From assembly GCA_050746725.1 (NCBI GenBank), contig JBOGMX010000009.1, positions 52,734 through 116,733 of the forward strand: a stretch of 64,000 nucleotides of DNA, written 5' to 3'. The translations under genes and the position numbers were made by a program. A model generated the notes under the pieces. That model did not search any database and was not told the origin of the DNA. It was given only the letters and a program-made list of their open reading frames with translations. Of the stretch, positions 17,207 to 26,349 are shown one piece after another (position 1 is the stretch's first letter; each line of letters starts with the position of its first letter). Origin of the DNA: Candidatus Acidiferrales bacterium. Lineage in GTDB: Bacteria > Acidobacteriota > Terriglobia > Acidiferrales > UBA7541.

Positions 17207-17842
17207 TTACTTCGCTGAGTTAGCCGCTTCGTTGGAAATTTCTTCGCTGACAGGCGTGTGCCGGTTGCGCCTGATCACATCGATGAAATACTGATGGACG
17301 GTAGGATCGTTGGTCAGCTCCGGATGAAATGTGGCAGCGAGTATCCGTCCCTGCTGCACCAGCACCGGATGCGCCGCATCTTTCGCAAGCACCTCGACAC
17401 CTTCCCCAATGGATTCGATGATTGGCGCACGGATGAAAACCATTTCTATCGGTTCCTCACGCAGCGCAGTCTTGGCTTCGTGCACGTCGCTCGCAAGTTG
17501 CCGCCCATAGCCATTGCGCAAAATCGAGATATTCAGCAGCCCGAGCGACGCCTGCGGCGGGTTATGTACCTCACGCGCCAGCAGGATCGCTCCGGCGCAG
17601 GTGCCCAAGAACGCGCCGCCGTCCGCGTGGAATTGCAGTAGCGCGTCCCACAGGCCTTCTTCGCGCATCACTTTGATGTGCGTGGTGCTTTCACCGCCGG
17701 GAAAGATGATTCCTGCGATCCCGCCTACATCCGCTGGGCGGCGAACGTACGTCCACTTTACGCCCAAGCGGTCGAGCATCTTCGCGTGCGCTTCGTAATC
17801 GCCTTGAATGGCGAGAATCCCGATTTTCATTTCATCCGTCAT
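17207..17842 (-). CDS. pdxT: Pyridoxal 5'-phosphate synthase glutaminase subunit PdxT
   Basis: KIGILAIQGDYEAH, GGESTT and the catalytic GTCAG region. Adjacent to pdxS. Confidence 0.93.
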   Translation of the reverse strand: MTDEMKIGILAIQGDYEAHAKMLDRLGVKWTYVRRPADVGGIAGIIFPGGESTTHIKVMREEGLWDALLQFHADGGAFLGTCAGAILLAREVHNPPQASLGLLNISILRNGYGRQLASDVHEAKTALREEPIEMVFIRAPIIESIGEGVEVLAKDAAHPVLVQQGRILAATFHPELTNDPTVHQYFIDVIRRNRHTPVSEEISNEAANSAK

Positions 17843-17934
17843 CGATCACCGAGCGACCTGGATCGTCGTCCCTTTCAGGGAGCTCTATCTTTCGCTGGCT
17901 GTGTTCGCTTAGCGTGACGATCCTCATCGGATCG

Positions 17935-18828
17935 TCACCAGCCGCGCGTTTGCAGCAGGTCTTTCTCTTCGAGCTGGCGAATATCCAAGCCCTTCATTGC
18001 TTCGCCGAGCTCTTCGGAAGCTTCCAGGACAATCTTCGGATCCTTGTAGTGCGTGGTGGCTTTGACAATGGCACGCGCGCGCTGCGCCGGATCGCTGGAC
18101 TTGAAGATGCCGGAACCAACGAACACCGCTTCGGCTCCGAGCTGCATCACCAGAGCGGCGTCGGCCGGCGTGGCGATTCCGCCCGCCGAGAAGTTCGGCA
18201 CCGGCAGTTTGCCGTTTTTGGCCACCCAGGTAACCAGTTCGAGCGGAGAACCGAGCTCTTTCGATGCGTGCACCAATTCCTCTTCGCCGAGCGTGGTGAG
18301 CTTCTTCATCTGCCCGACGATGGCGCGAATGTGCCGCACTGCTTCGACGATATTTCCCGAGCCGGCTTCGCCCTTGGTGCGGATCATGGCCGCGCCTTCT
18401 GCGACGCGCCGCAATGCTTCGCCCAAATTGCGAGCCCCACAAACGAACGGCACTTTGAAGCCGTGCTTCCATACGTGATGCTCTTCATCCGCTGGCGTCA
18501 GGACTTCACTCTCGTCGATATAGTCGACTTCCAGAGCCTCCAGCACCTGCGCTTCGGCGAAGTGCCCGATGCGCACTTTGGCCATCACCGGAATCGAAAC
18601 CACATCCATAATTTCGCGGATCACGCGCGGCGCAGCCATGCGCGCCACCCCGCCTTCCTTGCGAATATCGGAGGGCACGCGCTCGAGCGCCATTACCGCG
18701 CACGCCCCTGCGTCTTCGGCAATTTTGGCTTGATCGGCGTTCGTTACGTCCATGATCACGCCGCCCTTCAGCATTTCGGCCAAGCCGACCTTGACCCGCC
18801 ACAAACTATCGTTCATCGAGTTCATCAC
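17935..18828 (-). CDS. pdxS: Pyridoxal 5'-phosphate synthase lyase subunit PdxS
   Basis: Highly conserved [45 protein letters not shown]. Confidence 0.95.
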   Translation of the reverse strand: MMNSMNDSLWRVKVGLAEMLKGGVIMDVTNADQAKIAEDAGACAVMALERVPSDIRKEGGVARMAAPRVIREIMDVVSIPVMAKVRIGHFAEAQVLEALEVDYIDESEVLTPADEEHHVWKHGFKVPFVCGARNLGEALRRVAEGAAMIRTKGEAGSGNIVEAVRHIRAIVGQMKKLTTLGEEELVHASKELGSPLELVTWVAKNGKLPVPNFSAGGIATPADAALVMQLGAEAVFVGSGIFKSSDPAQRARAIVKATTHYKDPKIVLEASEELGEAMKGLDIRQLEEKDLLQTRGW

Positions 18829-18864
18829 CTGCTCCTGTGTGGGATTAAATCCCTCTTAAACTTT

Positions 18865-19329
18865 TCACAATTCGTCTTCGGCCGGAGCCGGATTGGCGCC
18901 GCGAACGCTCGCTTGAAACCGCTCCCGTCCAATCTCAACGAAATGTCCGCGCCCGCGCGCCAAGACCACGCCGGAGATGTTTCGAATTTCGCCCTGGCGG
19001 AAACGGTCGCGTCCGTTTCGCTCCAATTCCCACCCTTCGACAATCAGATCAGCCTCGACTGGCACTGGCCTTACATATTCGATGCTCAACTTAGCCGTGA
19101 CCGCATGGTCCTTCGCAAAGCGGCTGACTTTCGCCATCACCTCGTCGAGCAGCGTGGCAATGATGCCACCGTGCACGAAGCCCGCCCCGCCCTGATATTC
19201 GCTGGGCAACCGGAACGCGCCTCGAATCCGCTTGGCTTCGTCGTCCTGCTCAAATGCGAGGTGCATACCGCGCGAGTTCCCGCCGCCGCAGACGAAGCAA
19301 AAGTTATCCGACTTGGGTTCCAGGAGCAT
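18865..19329 (-). CDS. Hotdog-fold (PaaI-like) thioesterase
   Basis: CFVCG..N..G, then GFVHGGIIATLLDEVMA, typical of PaaI/YbgC-type hotdog proteins. Confidence 0.75.
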   Translation of the reverse strand: MLLEPKSDNFCFVCGGGNSRGMHLAFEQDDEAKRIRGAFRLPSEYQGGAGFVHGGIIATLLDEVMAKVSRFAKDHAVTAKLSIEYVRPVPVEADLIVEGWELERNGRDRFRQGEIRNISGVVLARGRGHFVEIGRERFQASVRGANPAPAEDEL

Positions 19330-19337
19330 CGTCTGGA

Positions 19338-20876
19338 CTAGATCAGCGCAACCCGCGCATGATATTCCTCACGCACCCCGCGCTGCCGTTTGCCAAGCTC
19401 CTGCTTCAATAGCTCTCCTAACATCTCAATTCCCCGCGCAATGCGCTTTTCATCGACGCTCGCAAACGCCAACCGCAATGTGTTCGGCTGCGGATGCTGC
19501 GCGTAAAAATACCTTCCTGGAAGAAACATGACGCCACGCTCTCGCGCGTGAATCAGTAACTCGCCCGCGTCGAATCCCGAAGGGAGCGTGACCCACAAGG
19601 TCATGCCGCCTTCGGCACGCGTCCAAGTGACCCCATGCGGCATATTTCTTTCGAGCGCCTGGTCCATCGCTTCCAGGCGGCCGCGGTAAACGCCCTTCAT
19701 CCGAGCGATATGCCGCAGGAGATATCCCCGGCGGACAAACTCGGCCATGGAGGCTTGCGAAAGCTGATCGCTGTGCAAGTCCGTGGATTGCTTCACGAGG
19801 CGCAGCCGTTCGATGGCGCTCTCGGCGCCGATGCACCACCCGATGCGCAGGCCCGGAAAAGCGATTTTCGAAAAGCTGTCGATCTGAATCACGTTGCCCG
19901 ACGTGTCCAACGCTTTCAGAGACGGTATCAGCTTGCCGTGCAGGCGCAAGCGCGCGTAGATCGCGTCTTCGATCACCGGAACTTGATAATGAACGGCGAG
20001 ATCGAGTAACCGCCGGCGCTCGGCCAACGGCAAGGCCGTGCCGGTGGGATTGTGAAAATCCGGCGTGACGAAAATCAGTTTGATGCGGTTCTGAAGCAAC
20101 GCGGATTCGAGCGCGCCAATATCGAGGCCGGGATGCCCGGTGCGCTCTGTATCCGTTTCCACGCCAACGGGAAGCATGCGCACCCGCGCGCCCGCAAAGA
20201 TCGCAATCGCTCCGGGGTACGCCGGATTCTCCAAAGCCACCGAGTCACCCGGGCGCAGGAACGCCTTGCAAATCAAATCAATGGCCTGCTGGCAGCCGTC
20301 CGTAATCAGCAGTTGGCCCGGGCGGATCTCCAGACCTTCGGATTGTACGAGCATGGTTACCGCTTGCTTGAGTGGACCGTATCCATCGGTCGAACCGAGC
20401 TGCAGGATTTTGCGGCCCTCCCTGCGCAGCACGGCGTTCACGCACCGGCGGAACTCTTCCAGAGGAAACAGTTCGTCGGAAGGCCGCGCGGCGGTAAAAG
20501 CGATCGCGCCGGGCGGAATTTCCGGCATCACGCGGCTCAGACCTTCCACGCCGCGCTCGTCGGCAAAGAGAGACTCCCAGCGCATCGCGCCGCCATGGCC
20601 ATTGGACCGCGGCGGGGGAGAAAACTGCTTCACCGGAGGCGCGCAGATGAACGTGCCGCGACCGACGTGCCCCTGAATCAGGCCTTCCGCCTCCAATTCC
20701 GCATAGGCATTAGCGACTGTGGTGCGATGGACGCCCAGGTGACCGGCCAACTCGCGGCTCGCTGGAATCCTGTCGCCCGAGCGCAGCTCGCCCGAGAAAA
20801 CCAGAGCGCGCACCTGATCGCGCAGCTGAACGTACAGCGGAATGTGGCTTTCGGGCTGTAGGTGGACCTGCAACAT
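19338..20876 (-). CDS. MocR-family regulator (GntR wHTH fused to a PLP aminotransferase-like domain), PdxR-like by context
   Basis: N-terminal SGDRIPASRELAGHLGVHRTTVANAYAEL. Fold-type I aminotransferase domain with SFSKIAFPGLRIGW (PLP lysine). Located next to pdxST. Confidence 0.85.
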   Translation of the reverse strand: MLQVHLQPESHIPLYVQLRDQVRALVFSGELRSGDRIPASRELAGHLGVHRTTVANAYAELEAEGLIQGHVGRGTFICAPPVKQFSPPPRSNGHGGAMRWESLFADERGVEGLSRVMPEIPPGAIAFTAARPSDELFPLEEFRRCVNAVLRREGRKILQLGSTDGYGPLKQAVTMLVQSEGLEIRPGQLLITDGCQQAIDLICKAFLRPGDSVALENPAYPGAIAIFAGARVRMLPVGVETDTERTGHPGLDIGALESALLQNRIKLIFVTPDFHNPTGTALPLAERRRLLDLAVHYQVPVIEDAIYARLRLHGKLIPSLKALDTSGNVIQIDSFSKIAFPGLRIGWCIGAESAIERLRLVKQSTDLHSDQLSQASMAEFVRRGYLLRHIARMKGVYRGRLEAMDQALERNMPHGVTWTRAEGGMTLWVTLPSGFDAGELLIHARERGVMFLPGRYFYAQHPQPNTLRLAFASVDEKRIARGIEMLGELLKQELGKRQRGVREEYHARVALI

Positions 20877-21008
20877 TGTCTTGTCCTACAGTCCAATATA
20901 CCGCACAAAATTATGCCGTGAAGCGCCAAATTGTCTCTTTGACCATTAAAGCTCTCGCTGGTGCGGGGTCGGCTGGTTAAATGGCGGCGGAAAGCCAAAG
21001 CCGGAGAG

Positions 21009-21515
21009 CTATTCGCGGAAGAGTTTTGGCTGCTCGGGAATTTCGGCGGCTCGCTCGCGCGGATTCGCTTGCGGCCGGCGCGCCACGCCGACGACGCCTA
21101 GAACCTTCATTTCAATAAGCGCGGAGCGCGGGATGAACATTCGAACCACGTTACCATGGAGATCGGGCGGCGTGAGTTGCACACCGGAGCCGAGCATTGA
21201 GAGAAGATCGTTTGGCACCACGCCTTCCATTTCGTCGCCATCGCGGAATCGGAGCCGAACCCAGAGGCCGTCGAGCTTCGGGCGGCTGAGAAAGGTTTTG
21301 CGCTCCGGTTCGAATGGCCCGGTGAACTCGCGCACGAAGCACACGGCTTTCAGATTCGGCAGCGGAATGGAACGATGTTCGCCACCGGGAGTGAGCAAAT
21401 CGACGGTATCGGCAGCGTCGAGGACCGCCGGGTTTAAGTAGCCTGGTTCCGAACTGCCGTCCAGCAAAAAGACGGCTACTTTCTTGTGCGTCGAGGTTGT
21501 TTCACGGCTTTTCAC
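21009..21515 (-). CDS. Conserved hypothetical protein
   Basis: 168-aa ORF with protein-like composition and no competing frame. I recognise no domain. Confidence 0.55.
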   Translation of the reverse strand: MKSRETTSTHKKVAVFLLDGSSEPGYLNPAVLDAADTVDLLTPGGEHRSIPLPNLKAVCFVREFTGPFEPERKTFLSRPKLDGLWVRLRFRDGDEMEGVVPNDLLSMLGSGVQLTPPDLHGNVVRMFIPRSALIEMKVLGVVGVARRPQANPRERAAEIPEQPKLFRE

Positions 21516-21627
21516 GTAAGTTCCTGCCTGGAAGGTTGCTAAGCCTGCGCAGGTTATGTTATCGTGCAGACGGCTGCTGATGTCAACTTATTGGTGCTTA
21601 AAGGGTTAGCATCGGAGCGCAAGCCGA

Positions 21628-23262
21628 TTGACCACCAAGGTACAGCTGCTAAAATCGGCCTCGGTGGTAGCCCTTGTAACGGTTATCAGCCGCATTTGCG
21701 GATACTTACGCGATCAGCGGATAGCTCTCCTCCTCGGCACCTCGCCGGCTGCCGACTCATTCATTCTAGCCTTCCGAATTCCCGGATTGATACGGCGAAT
21801 GGCAGGAGAAGGCTCGCTCGGGGCGTCATTTATTCCCGTATTCACGGGCTACCTGCACAACGAATCTCGCCCGCAGGCTTGGGCGTTCGCACAAAAGGTA
21901 TTTTGGGACGTGGCGCTTGCGCTAGCAGCAATTGCGCTGCTCGGGGTGGTGTTTTCGCGGCAGGTCATCGGACTACTGACAATATTTGGCGCTCACCAGG
22001 GGCAATGGCAGCTAGCAGTTTATTTGAATCGGATTATCTTCCCCGCCGTCCTGTTCATAGGATTGGCGGCTGTGGCCGCGTCGATTCTGAACAGCTTTCA
22101 CGTGTTCGCCTTGCCGGCCGCTACGCCGATTTTCTTCAACTTGGCGCTGATCGCATGCTCGTTTGGAATTGTATACCGGCCAATCCTGCACTGGGCCCCC
22201 GCTGGGTATCGTTCTCCGGCGGTCGCTCTGGCCGTCGGAATTTTGATCGGCGGCGTGGTCCAGCTTGGGATGCAAATCCCGGCCTTGGCGCGGCGCGGAA
22301 TGAAATTGTGGCCGCGATTCTCGCTCTCCGATCCGGGCGTGCGCAAAGTGGGACGTCTGGCGGCGCCGGCGTTTTTCGGCATGGGCGTCTATCAGATCAA
22401 CATGTTTGTGGACACAGTTTTCGCCGCGTCGTCACGAATGCCACAAGGCAGCATCATGTCGCTCTACGTTGCGGATCGCGTGATGCAATTGGTTCTGGGA
22501 AGCTACGCGATCGCCATGTCCACGGCGCTCTTGCCGACGATGTCGCATCAGTGGGCCGCCGGACAATGGAGCGAGATGAAGCGCACGTTCGGCTTTTCGC
22601 TGCGTATCGTTTCCTTTATCACAGTGCCCGCCGCCGTGGGGCTGATTCTGCTGCGCCAGCCGATCATTCAGGTGCTGTTTCAGCATGGCCGCTTCACTGC
22701 GGCGTCCACGGCGCTCACCACGCGCGCGCTTTTCTATTATTCTCTGGGGCTGCCGGCGTTCGCGGGCGTGAAGCTGATTGCGCCGATGTATTACTCCACG
22801 CAGGATACGGCCACTCCCGCGCGGACTGGCTCCTATGCCTTGGGCTTGAACATCGCTCTCAACACGTTTTTCCTGTTGTTCTTTTTTCGCACGCTTTCAA
22901 ACGGCGGCCCGGCGCTGGCCAGCTCAGTCGCGGCATATTTCAATTTTGGCGCACTCTTCTTTTTGTTTCGCAAGCGCTACGGACGCCTGGGAGCGCGCGG
23001 TCTGCTGCAATCGTTCTGCAAAATAGCGGCTTGCGCCGCGGCGATGGGTTTCGCGGCGTACGGCGCGCTGCGAATTTCGCATTTCGGGCAGGCGCGCCAT
23101 GTGATCGTGCAGGCGGGACTGCTGGCCGGCACGATTTGTGCTGCAGTGGCAGTGTACTTCGCTCTGGCATGGCTGCTTCGGTGCGAAGAGCTGCGGGAAT
23201 TTTTTCTTTTGTGGCGGAGGTCCGAGCCGGCGACGGCTCCTGCGGTTGAAAACGGAGTGTAA
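21628..23262 (+). CDS. murJ: Lipid II flippase MurJ
   Basis: N-terminal LLKSASVVALVTVISRICGYLRDQ. Polytopic membrane protein of about 14 TM segments. TTG start. Confidence 0.9.
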   Translation: MTTKVQLLKSASVVALVTVISRICGYLRDQRIALLLGTSPAADSFILAFRIPGLIRRMAGEGSLGASFIPVFTGYLHNESRPQAWAFAQKVFWDVALALAAIALLGVVFSRQVIGLLTIFGAHQGQWQLAVYLNRIIFPAVLFIGLAAVAASILNSFHVFALPAATPIFFNLALIACSFGIVYRPILHWAPAGYRSPAVALAVGILIGGVVQLGMQIPALARRGMKLWPRFSLSDPGVRKVGRLAAPAFFGMGVYQINMFVDTVFAASSRMPQGSIMSLYVADRVMQLVLGSYAIAMSTALLPTMSHQWAAGQWSEMKRTFGFSLRIVSFITVPAAVGLILLRQPIIQVLFQHGRFTAASTALTTRALFYYSLGLPAFAGVKLIAPMYYSTQDTATPARTGSYALGLNIALNTFFLLFFFRTLSNGGPALASSVAAYFNFGALFFLFRKRYGRLGARGLLQSFCKIAACAAAMGFAAYGALRISHFGQARHVIVQAGLLAGTICAAVAVYFALAWLLRCEELREFFLLWRRSEPATAPAVENGV

Positions 23263-23318
23263 CTGCGCGCGACCGGCGGAATCATCCCTGACGATCTGCG
23301 CGTGAATCGAGATGCTTT

Positions 23319-24203
23319 TTGGAAACAGATATTCGCACATTCCTGAACTGCTTGCGCGTTGAGAAGGGCCTCTCCGATAACACGATTCAGGCCTACCGGC
23401 GCGACATCGCCAAATTTTGCGCGTTTGCGAAGGAGCGCGGTCTTTCGACGCGGGACGTGCAGCGCGCCGACATCATCGATTTCCTGGCATCGCTTTACAA
23501 AAGCAAGCTCGACAGCCGCTCCGTGGCGCGACACCTGGTAACCATACGCAACTTTTTCCGCTTCGCGCTCATGGAGGGGTACGTGGCGGAAGACCCCGCC
23601 GCCACAGTGGAATCGCCGAAGTTCCGCCGCAGCTTGCCTCAGTTTTTGAGCCTCGATGAAGTTGAGCGCGTGCTGCGGCAGCCGGACACATCCACTGTGG
23701 TCGGGTTGCGCGACAAAGCCATGATCGAGCTGATGTATTCGTGCGGGCTGCGTGTGTCGGAACTATGCGGCTTGCGCGTCTCCGACTTGCAGGTGGACGC
23801 GGGATATCTTCGCTGTGTGGGCAAAGGCGACAAGGAACGGATCGTTCCGGTGGGGCGACGAGCGCTCGAAACGGCGCAGGCGTATTACCGCAAGGGGCGG
23901 CCGGCGCTTTTGCGAGGCGGAAGTTCTCCCTATCTGTTTCTTAACCAGCGGAGAGGAAAGATGGACCGCATCGCGTACTGGAAGGCGCTGGCGAACTATG
24001 GGCGCAAGGCTGGACTGCGAAAGCATCTAAAGCCGCACATGCTGCGCCATAGCTTCGCCACGCACTTGCTCGACCGCGGCGCGGATCTGCGCGCGGTACA
24101 AATGATGCTGGGCCATTCGGATATTTCGACGACGCAAATCTACACGCACGTCGTCGAAGAGCGGTTGAAACAAGTCTATAAAGCACACCACCCGCGCGCC
24201 TAG
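23319..24203 (+). CDS. xerD: Site-specific tyrosine recombinase XerD
   Basis: N-terminal LSDNTIQAYRRDI. C-terminal HMLRHSFATHLLDRGADLRAVQMMLGHSDISTTQIYTHV with the catalytic Tyr. TTG start inferred. Confidence 0.85.
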   Translation: METDIRTFLNCLRVEKGLSDNTIQAYRRDIAKFCAFAKERGLSTRDVQRADIIDFLASLYKSKLDSRSVARHLVTIRNFFRFALMEGYVAEDPAATVESPKFRRSLPQFLSLDEVERVLRQPDTSTVVGLRDKAMIELMYSCGLRVSELCGLRVSDLQVDAGYLRCVGKGDKERIVPVGRRALETAQAYYRKGRPALLRGGSSPYLFLNQRRGKMDRIAYWKALANYGRKAGLRKHLKPHMLRHSFATHLLDRGADLRAVQMMLGHSDISTTQIYTHVVEERLKQVYKAHHPRA

Positions 24204-24241
24204 GTGCGCCGCGGATAGCAGGCCAGGAGGCGTAAGACCTC

Positions 24242-25780
24242 ATGCCCGATTACATGTACTTGCTGGAAAGCAGGCTTTCTCCCGAACAGCGGGCGGCGCT
24301 CGAGCGCGTACAGGAATTGGCTCGATCGCAGGAGTTGAATGTTTATCTCACCGGCGGAGCGGTCCGCGACTTAATCTCTGGGCAGCCCATTCGCGACCTG
24401 GATTTCACGATTGAAGGCAACCCGGCGCGCATGGTGCGGGAGCTCGAAAAAGGCGGCGCTCGCGTGCTCGCTGAAAACGAGAAGACGCGGCACTACGAAA
24501 TAATTTTCGCCGGCGACGCGGATGGATCCATTTCCGCGGCGCGCGACGACGTGTACGAACGCCCGGGCGCGAAAGCCGAATACCGCTTCTCCGGCATCAT
24601 GGAAGATTTGCGGCGGCGCGATTTTTCGATCAACGCGATCGCCATTTCGCTGAACGCGCAATCGCGCGGTCTCTTGCTCGATCCCACGAACGGACTAGCC
24701 GATCTCGAGCGCCAGGAAGTGCGCGCGCTTTCGATTCACGCATTTACCAATCAACCCGTACGCTTGCTCCGGATTCTTCGCTACTGCGCGCGGATGACCT
24801 TCAACATGGATTCCCGCACGCAGGAATGGTTCGATCTGGCGATGGAGCGCGGACTGCAGGAGCACCTCGATCCGGCGGACGTGGGCCAAGAAGTTCGCGC
24901 GATGGCTCGCGAGGAAAATGCCGCGCCGGCGCTGAAGCAGTGGGACGCGCGAGAATTGCTGGCTGCGATTGACCCCCAATTGCAGCGGCGGAAACCAGAT
25001 TACGAGGCGCTGAACAAGCTTTCGCGCGTACGGATGACCTTCCTGGAAGTAGGAATCCGGCCGCGTTTGCATGCGGCAACTACTCTTTACACGCTCAGGC
25101 GGCTCAAACCGCGCGAACTGACCTCCGTTCTCCGCAAAATGAATTACAGACAGTCAGAGATAGACCAGATCGTCGATCTGCCGGACGAGGCGCGGCGCGT
25201 GGTGAAGGTGCTGAAGAGCCGCAAGACGGAGACACCTCGCGACGCCTATTTTTACCTGGCTTCACTACCCTCCGAAACGATGGCCTTCATCGAAGCGGAA
25301 ATTTCGGATTCTCGCGCGATTTCCAAGATCCGAAACTATTTGCAGAAATGGCGTCCCCTGCGCCTGGCGCTTCCGGTGGTGGAACTCGACGCGCTGGGTA
25401 TTCCGCACGGACCGAAGTTCGACGAGATCCTCGAGCGGCTTTTCGAGAAACAGCTCCGCGGAAAGGCGCGCACTCCGGAGGAGCGCACGAAACTGCTTCG
25501 CGATCTGGCGGGCATCAAAGATGAACCCGCAAAAAAACCGGAGAAAAAGCGCAAGGGCAAAGAAGGGGCGGCCGACACTCCGCCGCATCCCGACGCGGAG
25601 TCTGCGGGAAAACCGGCCCGCAAGGTGGATGCGAAGCCTGCCTCCACGGGCGAAAAGACGTCGAAAGGCGTTGACGCAGGGTCGATGAGCTCCCAGAGTG
25701 CAGACGCGGTGTCCCCCCGAGCGCAAAAAGCGGCCTCGGCGAAGAAAGTGACCGCGACGAAGAAATCACGCGGAAAGTGA
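24242..25780 (+). CDS. CCA tRNA nucleotidyltransferase / poly(A) polymerase-family protein with a Lys/Ala-rich C-terminal tail
   Basis: LTGGAVRDLISGQPIRDLDFTIEG nucleotidyltransferase motif. The last ~90 aa are a low-complexity K/A/P/S-rich tail. Confidence 0.8.
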   Translation: MPDYMYLLESRLSPEQRAALERVQELARSQELNVYLTGGAVRDLISGQPIRDLDFTIEGNPARMVRELEKGGARVLAENEKTRHYEIIFAGDADGSISAARDDVYERPGAKAEYRFSGIMEDLRRRDFSINAIAISLNAQSRGLLLDPTNGLADLERQEVRALSIHAFTNQPVRLLRILRYCARMTFNMDSRTQEWFDLAMERGLQEHLDPADVGQEVRAMAREENAAPALKQWDARELLAAIDPQLQRRKPDYEALNKLSRVRMTFLEVGIRPRLHAATTLYTLRRLKPRELTSVLRKMNYRQSEIDQIVDLPDEARRVVKVLKSRKTETPRDAYFYLASLPSETMAFIEAEISDSRAISKIRNYLQKWRPLRLALPVVELDALGIPHGPKFDEILERLFEKQLRGKARTPEERTKLLRDLAGIKDEPAKKPEKKRKGKEGAADTPPHPDAESAGKPARKVDAKPASTGEKTSKGVDAGSMSSQSADAVSPRAQKAASAKKVTATKKSRGK

Positions 25781-26346
25781 GCGCTAAAATCCCAGGAAGA
25801 CCCACGCGCAGCATCAGACACCAGGAATATCGCCCGCGGGACGTGGTCTTGAATTGCCAGCGCAATCTTCGCATTCCGAAACGCGAGTTGGAGCAGTTTT
25901 TGGCCCGTGCACGGCATGCGCTACGCCTTCCAGCCGGATCGCTGAGTGTAGCGCTCGTGACCAACGCGGCAATCGCGAAATGGAATCACGCCTACCGCCA
26001 CAAAGCGGGTCCCACGGACGTGCTCTCGTTTCCAGCTGAAGCTGAGCCGGAATCCGGGCGTCGCTCAATACACAGATTTAAGCGTGGAAGGTCCGAAGAC
26101 AAAGCGGGCCGGACCCGCGATTACGCCTCTGATACTGGACGTCCGCTCTTTTACTTCGGCGATATTGCCATAGCCCCTGCGGTGGCGAGGCGCAACGCGC
26201 GCCGCTTCCGCCGGACGTTTTCCCAGGAAATGCGGATCTTGATCCTTCACGGCATGCTGCACCTGATGGGATACGATCACGAGACCGATACAGGGCAAAT
26301 GGAGCGCCGCGAACGGCGATTGCGGCGCAAACTGGGACTCGTCTAG
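25777..26346 (+). CDS. ybeY: rRNA maturation RNase YbeY
   Basis: Zinc motif HGMLHLMGYDHE. GTG start overlaps the upstream stop. The exact start is uncertain. Confidence 0.85.
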   Translation: MSAKIPGRPTRSIRHQEYRPRDVVLNCQRNLRIPKRELEQFLARARHALRLPAGSLSVALVTNAAIAKWNHAYRHKAGPTDVLSFPAEAEPESGRRSIHRFKRGRSEDKAGRTRDYASDTGRPLFYFGDIAIAPAVARRNARRFRRTFSQEMRILILHGMLHLMGYDHETDTGQMERRERRLRRKLGLV

Positions 26347-26349
26347 CCA

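Noticed and set aside
17914-19341. 475-aa plus-strand ORF
   Set aside because: It is fully antisense to the unmistakable pdxS and hotdog thioesterase genes. Its Arg/His/Ala-rich composition is typical of antisense frames in high-GC DNA.
21564-23249. 561-aa plus-strand ORF overlapping murJ
   Set aside because: It is an alternate frame of murJ with Arg/Gly/Ala-rich junk. The 21628-23262 frame gives a canonical MurJ with the conserved N-terminus.
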